DNA from: Guillardia theta CCMP2712
Lineage: Eukaryota; Protista; Cryptophyta
Reading direction: 5' to 3'
DNA: 64,000 nucleotides
NCBI RefSeq assembly: GCF_000315625.1
Contig: NW_005434577.1
Span: 160,147-224,146, forward strand
Positions 49,909-62,574 of the stretch are shown here, piece by piece (the stretch's first letter is position 1; the number at the start of each line of letters is the position of its first letter). The notes below the pieces were generated by a model that was not told where the DNA came from, ran no database searches, and saw only the letters and a list, made by a program, of their open reading frames with translations. Position numbers and translations under genes: made by a program.

Positions 49909-51967
49909 TCAATCGACCTCCACGGATCTCTCCAGCACATACAAGTAGAACAAGACCTCCTGACCACCTTGAAGGTCAGTCTTATTTCGAAGATGCTCTT
50001 CGATCTTATCCATCCCCTCCTCCCATGACACCGACGGGTCCAAGCACCCATCGATCACCTTGCTCCATATCTCCAATGCTTCATCTCGCTCATCTGGGTC
50101 TGATATCACTCTGCGCATCTCCTTGCTGATCGTGTAGTCCAAGATCGCAATGAGCAGCTTGTCGTCCGATATGCTGCGACCTGTCTGACTTGCCTTCCAT
50201 GCTTCGAACGACGGCGACGAGATCTTGTTCCGTCCAATGTACTCCAGCACGTCCTTGACCAGCTCGGGGCCTGCTATAAATTCGTCCATACACGAATAGA
50301 AGTATGCCAGCAGCCTCCGGGTCCGCGGATTATCCCGCTCGCTGCTCTCCAAGGAAATACTTCACCGCCTCCATCGCCCTGTCTCTGAAAGACTTGGCGT
50401 CCTCAGGGCTGTAAGCCAGCACGTACGTGTCTGCCTTGGACGTGTCTGTGAGGGGAGGATAGCTCGATACGACATCCTTGGCAGCATGCAGTGCAGCTGT
50501 ACTGCTCCTGATGTCTCTCAGAGCCTCGCCGTCGCTCACCAGGCAGAAGCCTTCCGGAATGTCATAAATGTTCATCAATACACAAGGTTGTGACTCTTTG
50601 CATCTCCTCGCACAGTCTAGTAAGACGCTGTCTAGCGGTCTGTTGCAAGCGAACATCCCTGTCTCTGCATCCAGAAGCGACTCAAACAGCTTCGACTCGT
50701 CGCTTGCTGTCTTGCCCTTGCCGCATGTCAGCAGCAGAGTCCAATGCTTGGGCAGCGCCTTCACTTCCGGATCTTGCGGCAGACCTTCTGACACTCCCTC
50801 GATCTCGTCCCGACAAGCGTCTATGACCACAAGCACCCTCGGATGATATCCTGATACGTCTTGCTCGAAGTCCCTGAAGAACTTGAAAACCTCCTCCATT
50901 GAAAGCATCATTTCACCCATCTCCCGGAATGATAACCCTCTCACTTCCTCCACGTCCGTCGGTATCAACATCTGATCCTTGCTCCTTGACTCATAGATGC
51001 CATGGCCCGCGTAGAAGAAGATCACCAGCTCCGGACACGCTCCCTCTAGCTCCCTCAGACTCCTCCTGAGGTACCTCTTCATCGCGGACAAAGTTGGGTT
51101 CGAGCTCAAGACCGAGTGACACTGCGGGAGTGAGCAGAGCTTCTCATGCAGCTCCGTCGCAGCTGCCACGGCCCTCGCAAGCGGCTTGAGCTCTCCCTGG
51201 TAGTCGTTGAGCCCCATGCACAGCCCGTACACCGAGGATGCTCCAGGAAGATCAAGTCTGCCTCGAAGCTCCGCTCCGTCCGACTGTCCTCGAAGCTCTG
51301 GGAGCGATACCTCGACTGACCTGACAGAGCGCTAGCAACACATCGAGTCACGTCCGTACCCTCCTCTCACGCCCTCCTCCTCCGTCTACGCTCTTACCTG
51401 TTGCGCCTCGAGAAGCTCTCGTCCGCTCTACCTCCCTCTAGAGCAAGCTCCATCACTCGCCTGACTAGCTCCCGAGCACCCTCGTCGTCACCGCCTCCTC
51501 CCTCGCCAAGCAAGACGGCTTGATCCGCCTTGCGTGTCTCTTGTCTCGTGCTGCTGTCAGAGCCTCTCCCTCTTCTCCTCTCTATCGCTTTCATCCTAGC
51601 ACGAGTCAAGCTCCCGCCTGTCGCCCGGCCCGAGACAGCCTCGTCCTTGCTACGAGCCCCCCAGCTCTCTGAGGTCATGACGTGCAGGCAGAGCTCGTCA
51701 TCCGGCCGCTCCTCCTCTCTGAAGCACAGGAGCCGCTCCAGGAGCGAGTCTTGGCCCTCCAGGTCGATGATGCTGATGAGGCGGGTGGTCTTTCGTTGCA
51801 TGCCGGCGTAGAGCTTGTCTAGCAAGCGCTCGGTCTGAGAGACTGGGCTGCTGCTCCATGCCTGGAGGTCTGAGAAGGTCTTGAGGAGAGAGTGAAACCT
51901 CTTCTGCACGTATCCCTCCATGGCAGGCTTGATGCTGCTGCTGCTCGCCTCGTCTTCTCTTTTTGTT
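49909..51967 (-). pseudogene. Truncated caspase-like module (exon 1 plus exon 2 to ERSVEVD*) with frameshifts as assembled
   Basis: GHG and DACR present; 1-nt loss near 51232 and a deletion/frameshift at ~50320-50340. Tail-to-tail with Vps34 copy D. Confidence 0.7.
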
Positions 51968-52270
51968 NNNNNNNNNNNNNNNNNNNNNNNNNNNNNNNNN
52001 NNNNNNNNNNNNNNNNNNNNNNNNNNNNNNNNNNNNNNNNNNNNNNNNNNNNNNNNNNNNNNNNNNNNNNNNNNNNNNNNNNNNNNNNNNNNNNNNNNNN
52101 NNNNNNNNNNNNNNNNNNNNNNNNNNNNNNNNNNNNNNNNNNNNNNNNNNNNNNNNNNNNNNNNNNNNNNNNNNNNNNNNNNNNNNNNNNNNNNNNNNNN
52201 NNNNNNNNNNNNNNNNNNNNNNNNNNNNNNNNNNNNNNNNNNNNNNNNNNNNNNNNNNNNNNNNNNNNNN

Positions 52271-53455
52271 NATGTCCTCCTGTACTCGTCCGGCTGAGCG
52301 AGCAGCTCCCGGCCCCCTACCTCCCCCAAGTACCGTACCGCCTCTACGTGCCCTTCCCTGCTCGCCATGTGCGCGCATGTCCTCCCTTGATTGTCCGCCT
52401 TCGCCAGAAGGCTCCCGGCCCCCTACCTCCCTCAAGTACCGTAGCGCCTCTACATGCCCTCCCTCGCTCGCCATGTGCGCGCATGTCCTCCCGTACTCGT
52501 CCGGCTGGGCGAGCAGCTCCCGGCCCCCTACCTCCCTCAAGTACCGTACCGCCTCTACATGCCCTCCCTCGCTCGCCATGTGCGCGCATGTCCTCCCGTA
52601 CTCGTCCGGCTTCGCCAGCAGCTCCCGGCCGCATACTTTCTCTATGTACTTCAAAGCCTCTACATGCCCTCCCTCGCTCGCCATGTGCGCGCATGTCCTC
52701 CCTTGATTGTCCGCCTGCGCCAGCAGCTCCCGGCCCCCTACCTCCCCCAAGTACCGTACCGCCTCTACATGTCCTTCTCTGCTCGCCATGTGCGCGCATG
52801 TCCTCCCTTCCTTGTCTGCCCGCGCGAGCAGCTCCCGGCCCCCTACCTCCCTCAAGTACCGTAGTGCCTCTACATGCCCTCCCTCGCTCGCCATGTGCGC
52901 GCATGTCCTCCCTTGATTGTCCGCCTGCGCCAGCAGCTCCCGGCCCCCTACCTCCCCCAAGTACCGTACCGCCTCTACGTGCCCTTCCCTGCTCGCCATG
53001 TGCGCGCATGTCCTCCCGTACACGTCCGGCTGAGCGAGCAGCTCCCGGCCCCCTACCTCCCTCAAGTACCGTAGCGCCTCTACATGCCCTCCCTCGCTCG
53101 CCATGTGCGCGCATGTCCTCCCGTCCTTGTCCGCCTGCCCCAGCAGCTCCCGGCCCCCTACCTCCCCCAAGTACCGTACCGCCTCTACATGCCCTCCCTC
53201 GCTCGCCAAGTGCGCGCATGTCCTCCCTTGATTGTCCGCCTGCCCCAGCAGCTCCCGGCCCCCTACCTCCCCCAAGTACCGTACCGCCTCTACATGCCCT
53301 CCCTCGCTCGCCCAGTGCGCGCATGTCCTCCCGTCCTTGATTGGCTGGGCGAGCAGCTCCCGGCCCCCTACCTCCCCCAAGTACCGTAGCGCCTCTACAT
53401 GATCTTCCAAGATTGCCAAGTGCGCGCATGTCTGACCCTGATCGTTCTCAGTAGA
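52271..53455 (-). repeat. 105-bp coding tandem repeat, at least 11 ankyrin units
   Basis: DxxGRTCAH(M/W/L)ASxxGHVEA(V/L)RYL(G/R)EVGGRELL. Confidence 0.93.
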
Positions 53456-56400
53456 AAGATTAGCTCCCTGTTCAATCAAGACTTGCATGCAACTTATGTC
53501 TTCTTGTCTGACTGCCACGTGCAATGGCGTGTCTCCGTTGCTCAAGGTCTCCGTCACTTTTCCTTCTGCCCGGCAGATCATCGGTATCAGGTCTGCCTGC
53601 CCCTGCCGCACTGCCGTGAAGATCGGAGACTCCAGCTCCGAGTCTTGTTCACCTCGCCAGATCCCTTGCATCTTGCTCGACTGCTCTGCCAGCCTCTGCC
53701 CGTCTTGATCGCCCGTATCGCTCAGAGCCCTGCGATGCAAGTCTGATATCTTCGTCATGTAGAGATCTTTCATCTTTTGTGCCGCTATTGGTCTACATTC
53801 AAAGTCACCAGTACCGTCAAGCCAGTAGTTGATCTTGTTCATCGCCATCTCCTTCAGTCTCGTCGCATCTCCCATGGCCTGTACATAGTTTTCATCGTTG
53901 TTGTACCAAGCTTCGCCCTCCTCCTTGTATCGCTCCACGATTTCTTTGAATTTGTATGTGATCAGCTTGTGCAATGCGTGATGATAGTTCATCATCACAT
54001 CCAAGGGTGCATCTGCCATCCGGTCTTTGACTCGCTGCGACTGCATCTTGCCCTCCAGGTCTCGACCGATCTCTTCCTCCACGTTCTTCAGCAGCGCCAT
54101 GAACAGCTGCTTCCGCTTCCCCAGCGTCTCCTCTATCGTCGAGCACGTCAAGTTCGCATTGATCTTCAGCGGCACCACCCGCACCCGCATCCCGTCTGTC
54201 TCTTCCACCCGCGGCTGCTTCACCACCTCCAGGTACGACAGCGGCGGATACAAGATCTCCTTCTCCTCGGGGTACTGCGACAGCAGCTCCAAGTCCGCTC
54301 CCCGGTCGATGGCCCCGCAGCTGATCTCGAACACCGTCGGCAGCGAGCCTTCCTTGGCGTACTGCAGCGCCACCTGCCTCTCCGTCGATGTGCTGAGCAT
54401 CCCGTACTCCACCCCCCCTGACACCCCTCGCGCGTCCTCCTCCACGAACCTCGCCGGCATCCGCACGCCCTTGAGCCCCCGGTACACAACCCGCGACGAC
54501 GGCAGCCTCGTGGTCTTGGACAGCTTGATCACCCCGCTCACCACGCAGTGCAGGGTCGTGACGTACTTGTTGACCTTGTGCGAGTCCGGTAGTCGAAGTA
54601 CCGCGTTGTACTTGTAGTACATGGGGCCTGTCAACCGCGTCTGTCAGCTCACGTCGCACCTCTACGCGTCTACACGCCTCTCATCCTCTACCTGTGTAGA
54701 GCAGCAGCGCGACGACTTCCTCCTTCCGCAGCCCTGCTTCCTTCACTCGCTCCTCCGCCATCACGCCCTCCACGTCGCGGATGCGTCTGATCCCCTGCGA
54801 GAGCTGCCGCCGCATGCTCGGGTCTGTCACGGCCTCCCACTCGCGCTTGGGCGTCGTGACCTCGTTGTGGTTGGGCGGAGTGAACGGCTCTTCCGAGTCC
54901 TTCCTGTGGCAGTGCTCGTCCTCTAGCCCCTTCCACAGGTCTGTGCTGGGCAGCCCGATGCGCTCGATGAGGCCCCCGTGAAACTCCTCCAGCCTCCCGA
55001 AGATAGCTTCCTCTCCTTCCTCTATCGAGAACTTCGCGTTCCCTCCCTCTGACCTCCCTCTTGACATGCTCGCTGATGCTGCTGATCTTCTTGAAACTGC
55101 ATCCGATGACGTCACCTGGACGGCTTCGAGCACGTCTGCGATGCGTCTACCGCACGCCTCCTTCGTCTCCCTCGCTAGCAGCCCTGACAAGGGAGAGCTC
55201 GGGCTGCCTCCGCCGATCTGCTCTGCGATCCTCCGCAGCACGTCAGGCCGGGCGAGCATGTCCTGCTTGCGCCCGAGCTCCCACTCCCTCGCGATCGTCC
55301 TCTCGTACTCATCGACACTGCTGCATGTCTCAGCGAGACGCGCGAGGAGGTCGGCCGGCAGGTTGAGACCCAGGCAGAGCTCGCTCGCTCGCTCATGACC
55401 TGCCGTCATGTCCGAGTCTTGGGAGCGACTGAGGTACAAGACCTGGAGCGTGTCGCGCATGTCAGGAGGAAGCGTCCACCGACCTGAGTCTGACGATGAC
55501 GAGTCCTCGCCTTGTTTCGCCTTGCCTGACTCGGGGATTGAAGCTTCTTCAAGCTCATGCAGCAGCTGTAAACCGACCTCAGAGTCCGCCTCAGCCTTGT
55601 CTGCTGGTCTGCTCTGAGCTTCTTGCGCGTGTTCGCGTTGACTTGGGTTTCTCTCCTTCAGCTCGTCGGGTTGATCTCCCTGGTCTAGCGATAGCTTGAC
55701 TAGTGCTTGCGCCTCCTCTCCCTCGATTTGTCTTCTTCTCTTCTTCCTCTGCTCGTCATGTAGCCTATCGGCCTCTCCTTCTGGCTTTCGCTTCTCCTTC
55801 TCTCGTCTCTTGCTTGCTGTCAGGCCTGGCGTCAGAGTCGCCTGCTCCTTGTCGTCATCATCCCCTTCATGCCCATGCCCATGCTCAATCCTTTCATGTG
55901 CTGACGTCATCATAGCTTGCTCGCTCGCCTGCTCGTCTCGGTGCTTCCTCCTCTCGTCTAGACTATCCGACCCCACCTGCCCTCATACGTCAGACCCTCA
56001 TACCTCACGGCTACATGTACATCCGGCCCTACCCTAGAAGCCGAAGCCGCAGACGAGCCGCCGGTCGTCAGTCTTCTTGTCTTCTTGCTCTCACCTGCGC
56101 ATGGCTTAGACGATCGTAGTCTATCGCCTCTACCTTACCTCCCCCTTCCTTCACAAACGCCTCGAAGCTTCTAAACCCTCCAGGCCTCTCGCACTCCTCC
56201 AGCCCTCGGAAACCCTCTCTCAGCTCCTCGCTCCAGCCCTCCTCGCACTCCCTCCAGTCTGCCCTGTACCCGTCGCTCCTCACGACCCAGCCAGTGCTGC
56301 TGATCCACGTCCTCCAGCCCTCTAGCTCGTGTCTGTCGTTCTCATGCTTGCTGTGATAGTATTGGAGTAGACAATAGTGCAAGAACACGCTGCTCAGCTT

Positions 56401-58551
56401 GGTCATCTTCAGCATCATGACGTAGCTTCCGACCTCCACGGCTCTCTCCAGCACATAGAAGTAGAACAAGACCTCCTTACCACCTTCAAGGTCAGTCTGT
56501 TTTCGAAGATGCCCTTCGATCTTATCCATCCCGTCCTCCCATGACACCGACGGGTCCAAGCATCCATCGATCACCTTGCTCCATATTCGCAATGCTTGAC
56601 TCAGCTCATCGGGGTCTGATATCACTCTGCCCATCTCCTTGCTGATCGTGTAGTCCAAGATCGCAATGAGCAGCTTGTCGTCCGACATGCTGCGACCTGT
56701 CTGACTTGCCTTCCATGCATCGAACGACGGCGACGAGATCGCGTGTTCCTCTATGTACTCCAGCACGTCCTTGACCAGCTCGGGGCCTGCTATAAATTCG
56801 TCCATACTCGAATAAAAGTATCCCAGCAGCCTTCGGGTAGAGAACCTCGTGTCTTCATATCGCAGGAAGTACATCAGCACAATCGAGCACACCCTCCACC
56901 GCGGACTATCCGCTCGCTGCTCTCCAAGGAAATACTTCACCGCCTCCATCGTCCTGTCTCTGAAAGACTTGGCGTCTTCAGGGCTGTACGCCAGCACGTC
57001 CTCGTCTGCCTTGGACGTGTCTGTGAGGGGAGGATAGCTCGATACGACATCCTTGGCAGCGTGCAGTGCAGCAGTGCTGCTCGTGATGTCTCTCAGAGCC
57101 TCGCCGTCTCTCACCAGGCAGAAACCATCTGGAATAGCTTGGCTGTTTATGTATACGCATGATTGCTTCTCATCTCCTGCCAGTCTCGCACAACATTTCA
57201 ACGCATCTTCAAGTGGTCTGTTGCAAGCAAATATCCCTATACGAGGATCGAGAAGCGACTGAAAGAATTTTGAGTCATCGCTTGCCTGCTGTCCATTGCC
57301 GCATGTCGACAAGAGAGTCCAGAATCTCGGCAGTCCTTCCACTTCTGGATCTTGCGGCAGACCTTCTGATATTGACCCAATCCTTTCTCGACAAGCGTCT
57401 ATGACCACAAGCACCCTCGGATGAAATGGCTTGATCTTGTCCTCAAACTCTCTGAAGAACTTGAAAACATCCTTCCTTGAAAGCATTGTTTCAAACATCT
57501 CTTGGGGCGAAAACCCCTCGACCTCACTCAGGTCCTTCGGTATCAACATCTGATCCTTGCTCCTTGACTCGTAGATGCCATGGCCCGCGTAGAAGAAGAT
57601 CACCAGCTCCGGACACGCTCCCTCTAGCTCCTTCAGACTCTTCCTCAAGTACCTCCTCATCTCGGACAAAGTTGGGTTCGAGCTCAAGACCGAGTGACAC
57701 TGCGGGAGTGAGCAGAGCTTCTCATGCAGCTCCGTCGCATCCTCCACGGCCCTCGCAAGCGGCTTGAGCTCTCCCTGGTAGTCGTTGAGCCCCATGCACA
57801 GCCCGTACACCCGAGGATGCTCCAGGAAGATCAAGTCTGCCTCGAAGCTCCGCTCCGTCCGACTGTCCTCGAAGCTCTGGGAGCGATACGTCGACTGACC
57901 TGACAGAGCGCTAGCAACACATCGAGTCACTTCCGTACCCTCCTCTCACGCCCTCCTCCTCCGTCTACGCTCTTACCTGTTGCGCCTCGAGAAGCTCTCG
58001 TCCGCTCTACCTCCCTCTAGAGCAAGCGCTATGACTCGCTTGACTAGCTCCCGAGCACCCTCGTCGTCACCGCCTCCTCCCTCGCCAAGCAAGACGGCTT
58101 CATCCGCCTTGCGTGTCTCTTGTCTCCTGCTGCTGTCAGAGCCTCTCCCTCCTCTCCTCTCTATCGCCTTCATCCTAGCACGAGTCAAGCTCCCGCCTGT
58201 CGCCCGGCCCGAGACAGCCTCGTCCTTGCTACGAGCCCCCCAGCTCTCTGAGGTCATGACGTGCAGGCAGAGCTCGTCATCCGGCCGCTCCTCCTCTCTG
58301 AAGCACAGGAGCCGCTCCAGGAGCGAGTCTTGGCCCTCCAGGTCGATGATGCTGATGAGGCGGGTGGTCTTTCGTTGCATGCCGGCGTAGAGCTTGTCTA
58401 GCAAGCGCTGGGTCTGAGAGACAGGGCTGCTGCTCCATGCCTGGAGGTCTGAGAAGGTCTTGAGGAGAGAGTGAAACCTCTTCTGCACGTATCCCTGCAT
58501 GGCAGGCTTGATGCTGCTGCTCGCTTCGTCTCCTTGCGTCCCCCCCGCCAT
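52271..58551 (-). CDS. Caspase-like / ART / ankyrin protein, unit 4 (3' end in gap)
   Basis: Exons 58551-57977, ~57909-56095, 55976-54692, 54627-<52271. All catalytic motifs intact. A frameshift near 52405 is close to the contig end and may be an error. Confidence 0.85.
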
Positions 58552-59105
58552 CCTGCCGCGCTCCCAGCAAAGGTCTTCCGGATATATGACTCCCCGGGGG
58601 GCTGAGAACGTGGATGGAGAGGGGGTGGGGAAATCTATGGGTAGTGTAGGGATTGGGAAATCTATGGGTAGTGTAGGTAGTGGCGGGGGGGGGTCATCTA
58701 ATGGGTGGGTGGCTCAGTAAAAGGTGTGACGATTGGATTGTTTGAAATAGCTGTCGTAACATTTCGAATATTGGACAAGGCTTTGAAAGCCTAAATTGAA
58801 CCTGCCAGCCTTCTCGATGAGACGCCCGGTCCGACTGAATCGGAGCAAGTACCGGGCCCGAGAGCTCTGAGGCGGAGCTCGGCCTGCACATCGTACGTCA
58901 TGCCGGGGCAGGGAAGACGGGAGGGAGAGGGAGATGCGAGAGAAGGAGAAGAAGAGACAGAAAGAGAAGAAAGAGGAGAGGATATTGATGATGATGATGA
59001 ATAAGAGAGATAGTGGTGAGAAGCGCTGGCATCTGACAGTGATTGAGCTCTGTCGATAACCGGAACCGACGTTTCAAAGTTTCTGCTTCGCCAACGCAAC
59101 AAAGA
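58552..59105. promoter_or_regulatory. Putative bidirectional promoter, long variant with an internal duplication
   Basis: Lies between divergent ATGs; gggaaatctatgggtagtgtagg occurs twice at ~58628-58678. Confidence 0.5.
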
Positions 59106-62100
59106 ATGGAGGAGGAAGTAGGAGACGTGATCTTGACGTGCGACATGGAGGCAGCCGGACCTTTGAGACTGAAGATCGACAGCTTCGAAGGAAGCAAGGA
59201 GGACCTGACCAGCGGCATCCATCCAGAGAATGCAGAGAGTCTCCTCGCCAACCTGTTTGTGGAAGCTCAGATCATGGAGGGAGAGACAGCGGTGGGTCTT
59301 CCTTCCCGCACATGCTACACATCCTACGGGAACCAGTGTCGCTGGAACGACCTGCTGACCTTCAACCACGTGAGGTACTGGCATCTTCCTAGGGACGCCG
59401 CCGTCCACCTCACGCTGCGAGCGCTCTATGCTCCGAGGAAGTACGTGTCGCTGGGGGAAGCGTCGTTCAGGCTGTTCAGCAAGAAAGGACGGCTGAAGAG
59501 CGGGAGGAAGAAGATCCAGGTGGAGTTCTACCATGGCAACGAGACGACCATGGACGCGCAGCAGCTGTCTCCTCCGCCTCACGCGCTGAAGAAGCATGGA
59601 GGAAGCGTTCCGAGCATGGAGAAGCTGGAGAAGCTGATGCAGCGGTACGATCGCAACGCGATGGAGCGAGTGCCATGGCTGGACGCGCTCGCCTTCAGGA
59701 GGATCCAGCAGCTCAACAAGGACGTCGGAGACGGGACTTGTCGCCCGACCATCACGGTTGAGATGGAGAGGTGGGACCGGACGGTGATGTACGGGGTCAG
59801 GCCCTACACGCAGATACCGAGCGGAGGGAACTCGCTGCTGCCCGATCCTGAGCTCGGGTGCGACAACCCCGTCGAGCACAAGCATCGCAAGCTCGCGCGA
59901 TCTCTGCACAGGGCTCACCAGGACCGCAACCTGCAGCCTGACGCGGAGGAGCGACGGCAGATAGAAACTCTCCTCAAGGCCCCATGGGACTGGGCAGACC
60001 TGACAGGGGTGAAGATGAACGTGGAGCACAAGGAGCTGCTGTGGCGGTACCGGTTTGCTCTGACCAAGGAGAACAAGGCTCTCACCAAGTGCTTGATCTG
60101 CGTGGACTGGAATGACGAGGAGGAGGCGGACCAGGCGGTGGATCTGCTGCAGGAGTGGCAGAAGCAGGTGACGATCGACATCAACGACGCGCTGCAGATG
60201 CTGTCAGCCGCCTTCACGCACCCCAAGGTGAGGGAGGCAGCGGCGAGGAGAGTGGCGATCGCGGACGACCAGGAGCTGCTCGGCTATCTGCTGCAGCTGG
60301 TGCAGGCGCTGCGATACGAGGGAGGAGGAAGGGAGGGGGGCGACAGCCTGCTGAACCTGCTCATCGAACGAGCGAGCAACAACCTGGAGATCGCCAACTA
60401 CCTCCATTGGTACATCTTCTGCCAGCAGCTGGTGGAGGCGGACGGGAAGGAGGCGCGGGGGCGGCAGAAGCACTATGAGCGAGCGCAGAGGAAGCTGATG
60501 AACAAGCTTGAGAGCACGGAGAAGGGGAGGTCGATCATCACGGTGCTAGAGCAGCAGCACGACCTTGTTACCTTCCTGACGAAGCTCGCGCAAGAGATCA
60601 AGAACATGAGAGACAGCAGGCAGAGGAAGGTAGAACGACTCAAGTCAGCCCTGGCCTCGACCCACTCGATGATCTTCGGGTCTGCCGGAGGGTCAGCGGG
60701 AGGAGGAGGAGGAGGAGGAGTACGTCTCAACATGAACCCCAACATCATCGCCGTCGGTCTGCATGCGGAAGACGCTGAGGTGATGGAGACGAGGAGAAGG
60801 CTCTGTGTTGTCATGGCGGTCACGAGCTGGTCGTGAGAGTGTGCTGCTGCTCCCTTGCTCTTGTCTTGATGACGCGCAGCTCATGGGCTTGCAGGTCTTC
60901 AAGAGCGCGATGATGCCGCTGGGGATCTCGTTCCTGACCAACACGCCGCAACCAGACGTGAAGGCGGCTGATCGCATCCAGTACAAGTATCGCATCATCT
61001 TCAAGGACGGCGACGACCTCCGTCAGGACCAGCTGGTGTTGCAGATGCTGAGGCTGATGGACAGGTAGGCGAGAGATGCTGGGATGAGAGGGGTATGAGG
61101 GGGGTCGTCAGCGGGGGAGAGGAGGAGGGGGATGAGTTGTTGCTGTCTTGTGCTTGTGACTGGACAGTCTCAGGGAGCTGAAGAACTCCGGACTTGACCT
61201 GAAGCTGACGCCTTACCGAGCGCTTGCGACGTCACCCTCGACAGGTAGAGCAGGGGGGGGAGGGAGGAAGGAGGCGGGGGTGGGATGAGGAGGAGGCAAG
61301 TGGAGGCCTGACGGCGAGGTTTTCTGTCAGGGATGGTGGAGCGGGTGGACTCATACCCGCTGTCAAAGATTCTAGCAGAGTACGGGAAGGACATTCGGAT
61401 GTAAAGGAGGAGGAGGGACGACGGAGAGGGTGAGAGGTGTGGTCAGGTTTCTACGTCAGCACCATCCCGATCGGTCGGGCCCGTTTGGGATCGCAGCGGA
61501 GGTAGGCGATGAAGGAGATGAGGAGGAGATGAATGTGCTGGATGAGGGAACTTGTGATGATGATGAGGGACAAGCTGACGAGACATGTAGAAGACGATGA
61601 TGGAGGAGGAGGAAGAGGAGGAGGAGGGCGAATAGGATATGGATGAGGATGACAAGGAGAACGATCTGGAGGAGAAGCGGTTGATGTCGAGGATCAACAT
61701 GAGGATGGAGAAATCGATGACAACGAGGATGAAGAGGGAGAGGGAGATAGTCATGACAAATGAGTAGAAGAGGATGATGATGATGATGAGGAGGAGGAGG
61801 CTGATGGTGATGTTGTTTTGTTGGTGATGATTGAAGGGACGATGAGCAATCAAACCCTTCAGCCTCTTGACAAGATGTCATGTGTGCAGGTGATGGACAA
61901 TTACGTCAAGAGCTCAGCAGGATATTGTGTCGTCACCTACTTGCTGGGAGTAGGTAAACTCGTCACAGATGAGAGTGACACGTCATGGTGCTGGGGGGGT
62001 TGAACGTTTGCAGATGTCCAGGAGATCGTCACTTGGATAATGTACTTCTGAGCCCAGGTGAAGATGATGAGAGAATGAGAATCCGCAATCGCCATGTGCA

Positions 62101-62121
62101 AACCATCACGGAGACATTTCG

Positions 62122-62157
<36 letters not shown>

Positions 62158-62253
62158 TCTATCGTCTCAATCATCATCATCTTCATCATCATCATCATCT
62201 CTATCAGCTCAATCATCATCATCTCCGTCATCATCATCATCATCATCATCATT

Positions 62254-62303
<50 letters not shown>

Positions 62304-62523
62304 GGTGTTTCAATGATCTTTTCATCAGGAGGGTATCTCTTTCACATTGACTTCGGATACATCCTCGGGCGAGACCTTCACCCCGCTACCTCCTCCTCCA
62401 TCTTGCCCTTATCTCTGCCAGTGACTGCCTGCTGGTGGTTGTCGACTTCTCCCGCCCTTCCTCTTCTGCCTCCGCCCTTGTCTTTGCCATTCGTTTGTGT
62501 ATGCTTTCCTTTCTCCTGCTCCT

Positions 62524-62574
<51 letters not shown>

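Noticed and set aside
36775-53455. Diversity-generating retroelement behind ankyrin variation
   Set aside because: No RT or template/variable pair in the window, and changes do not appear adenine-specific.
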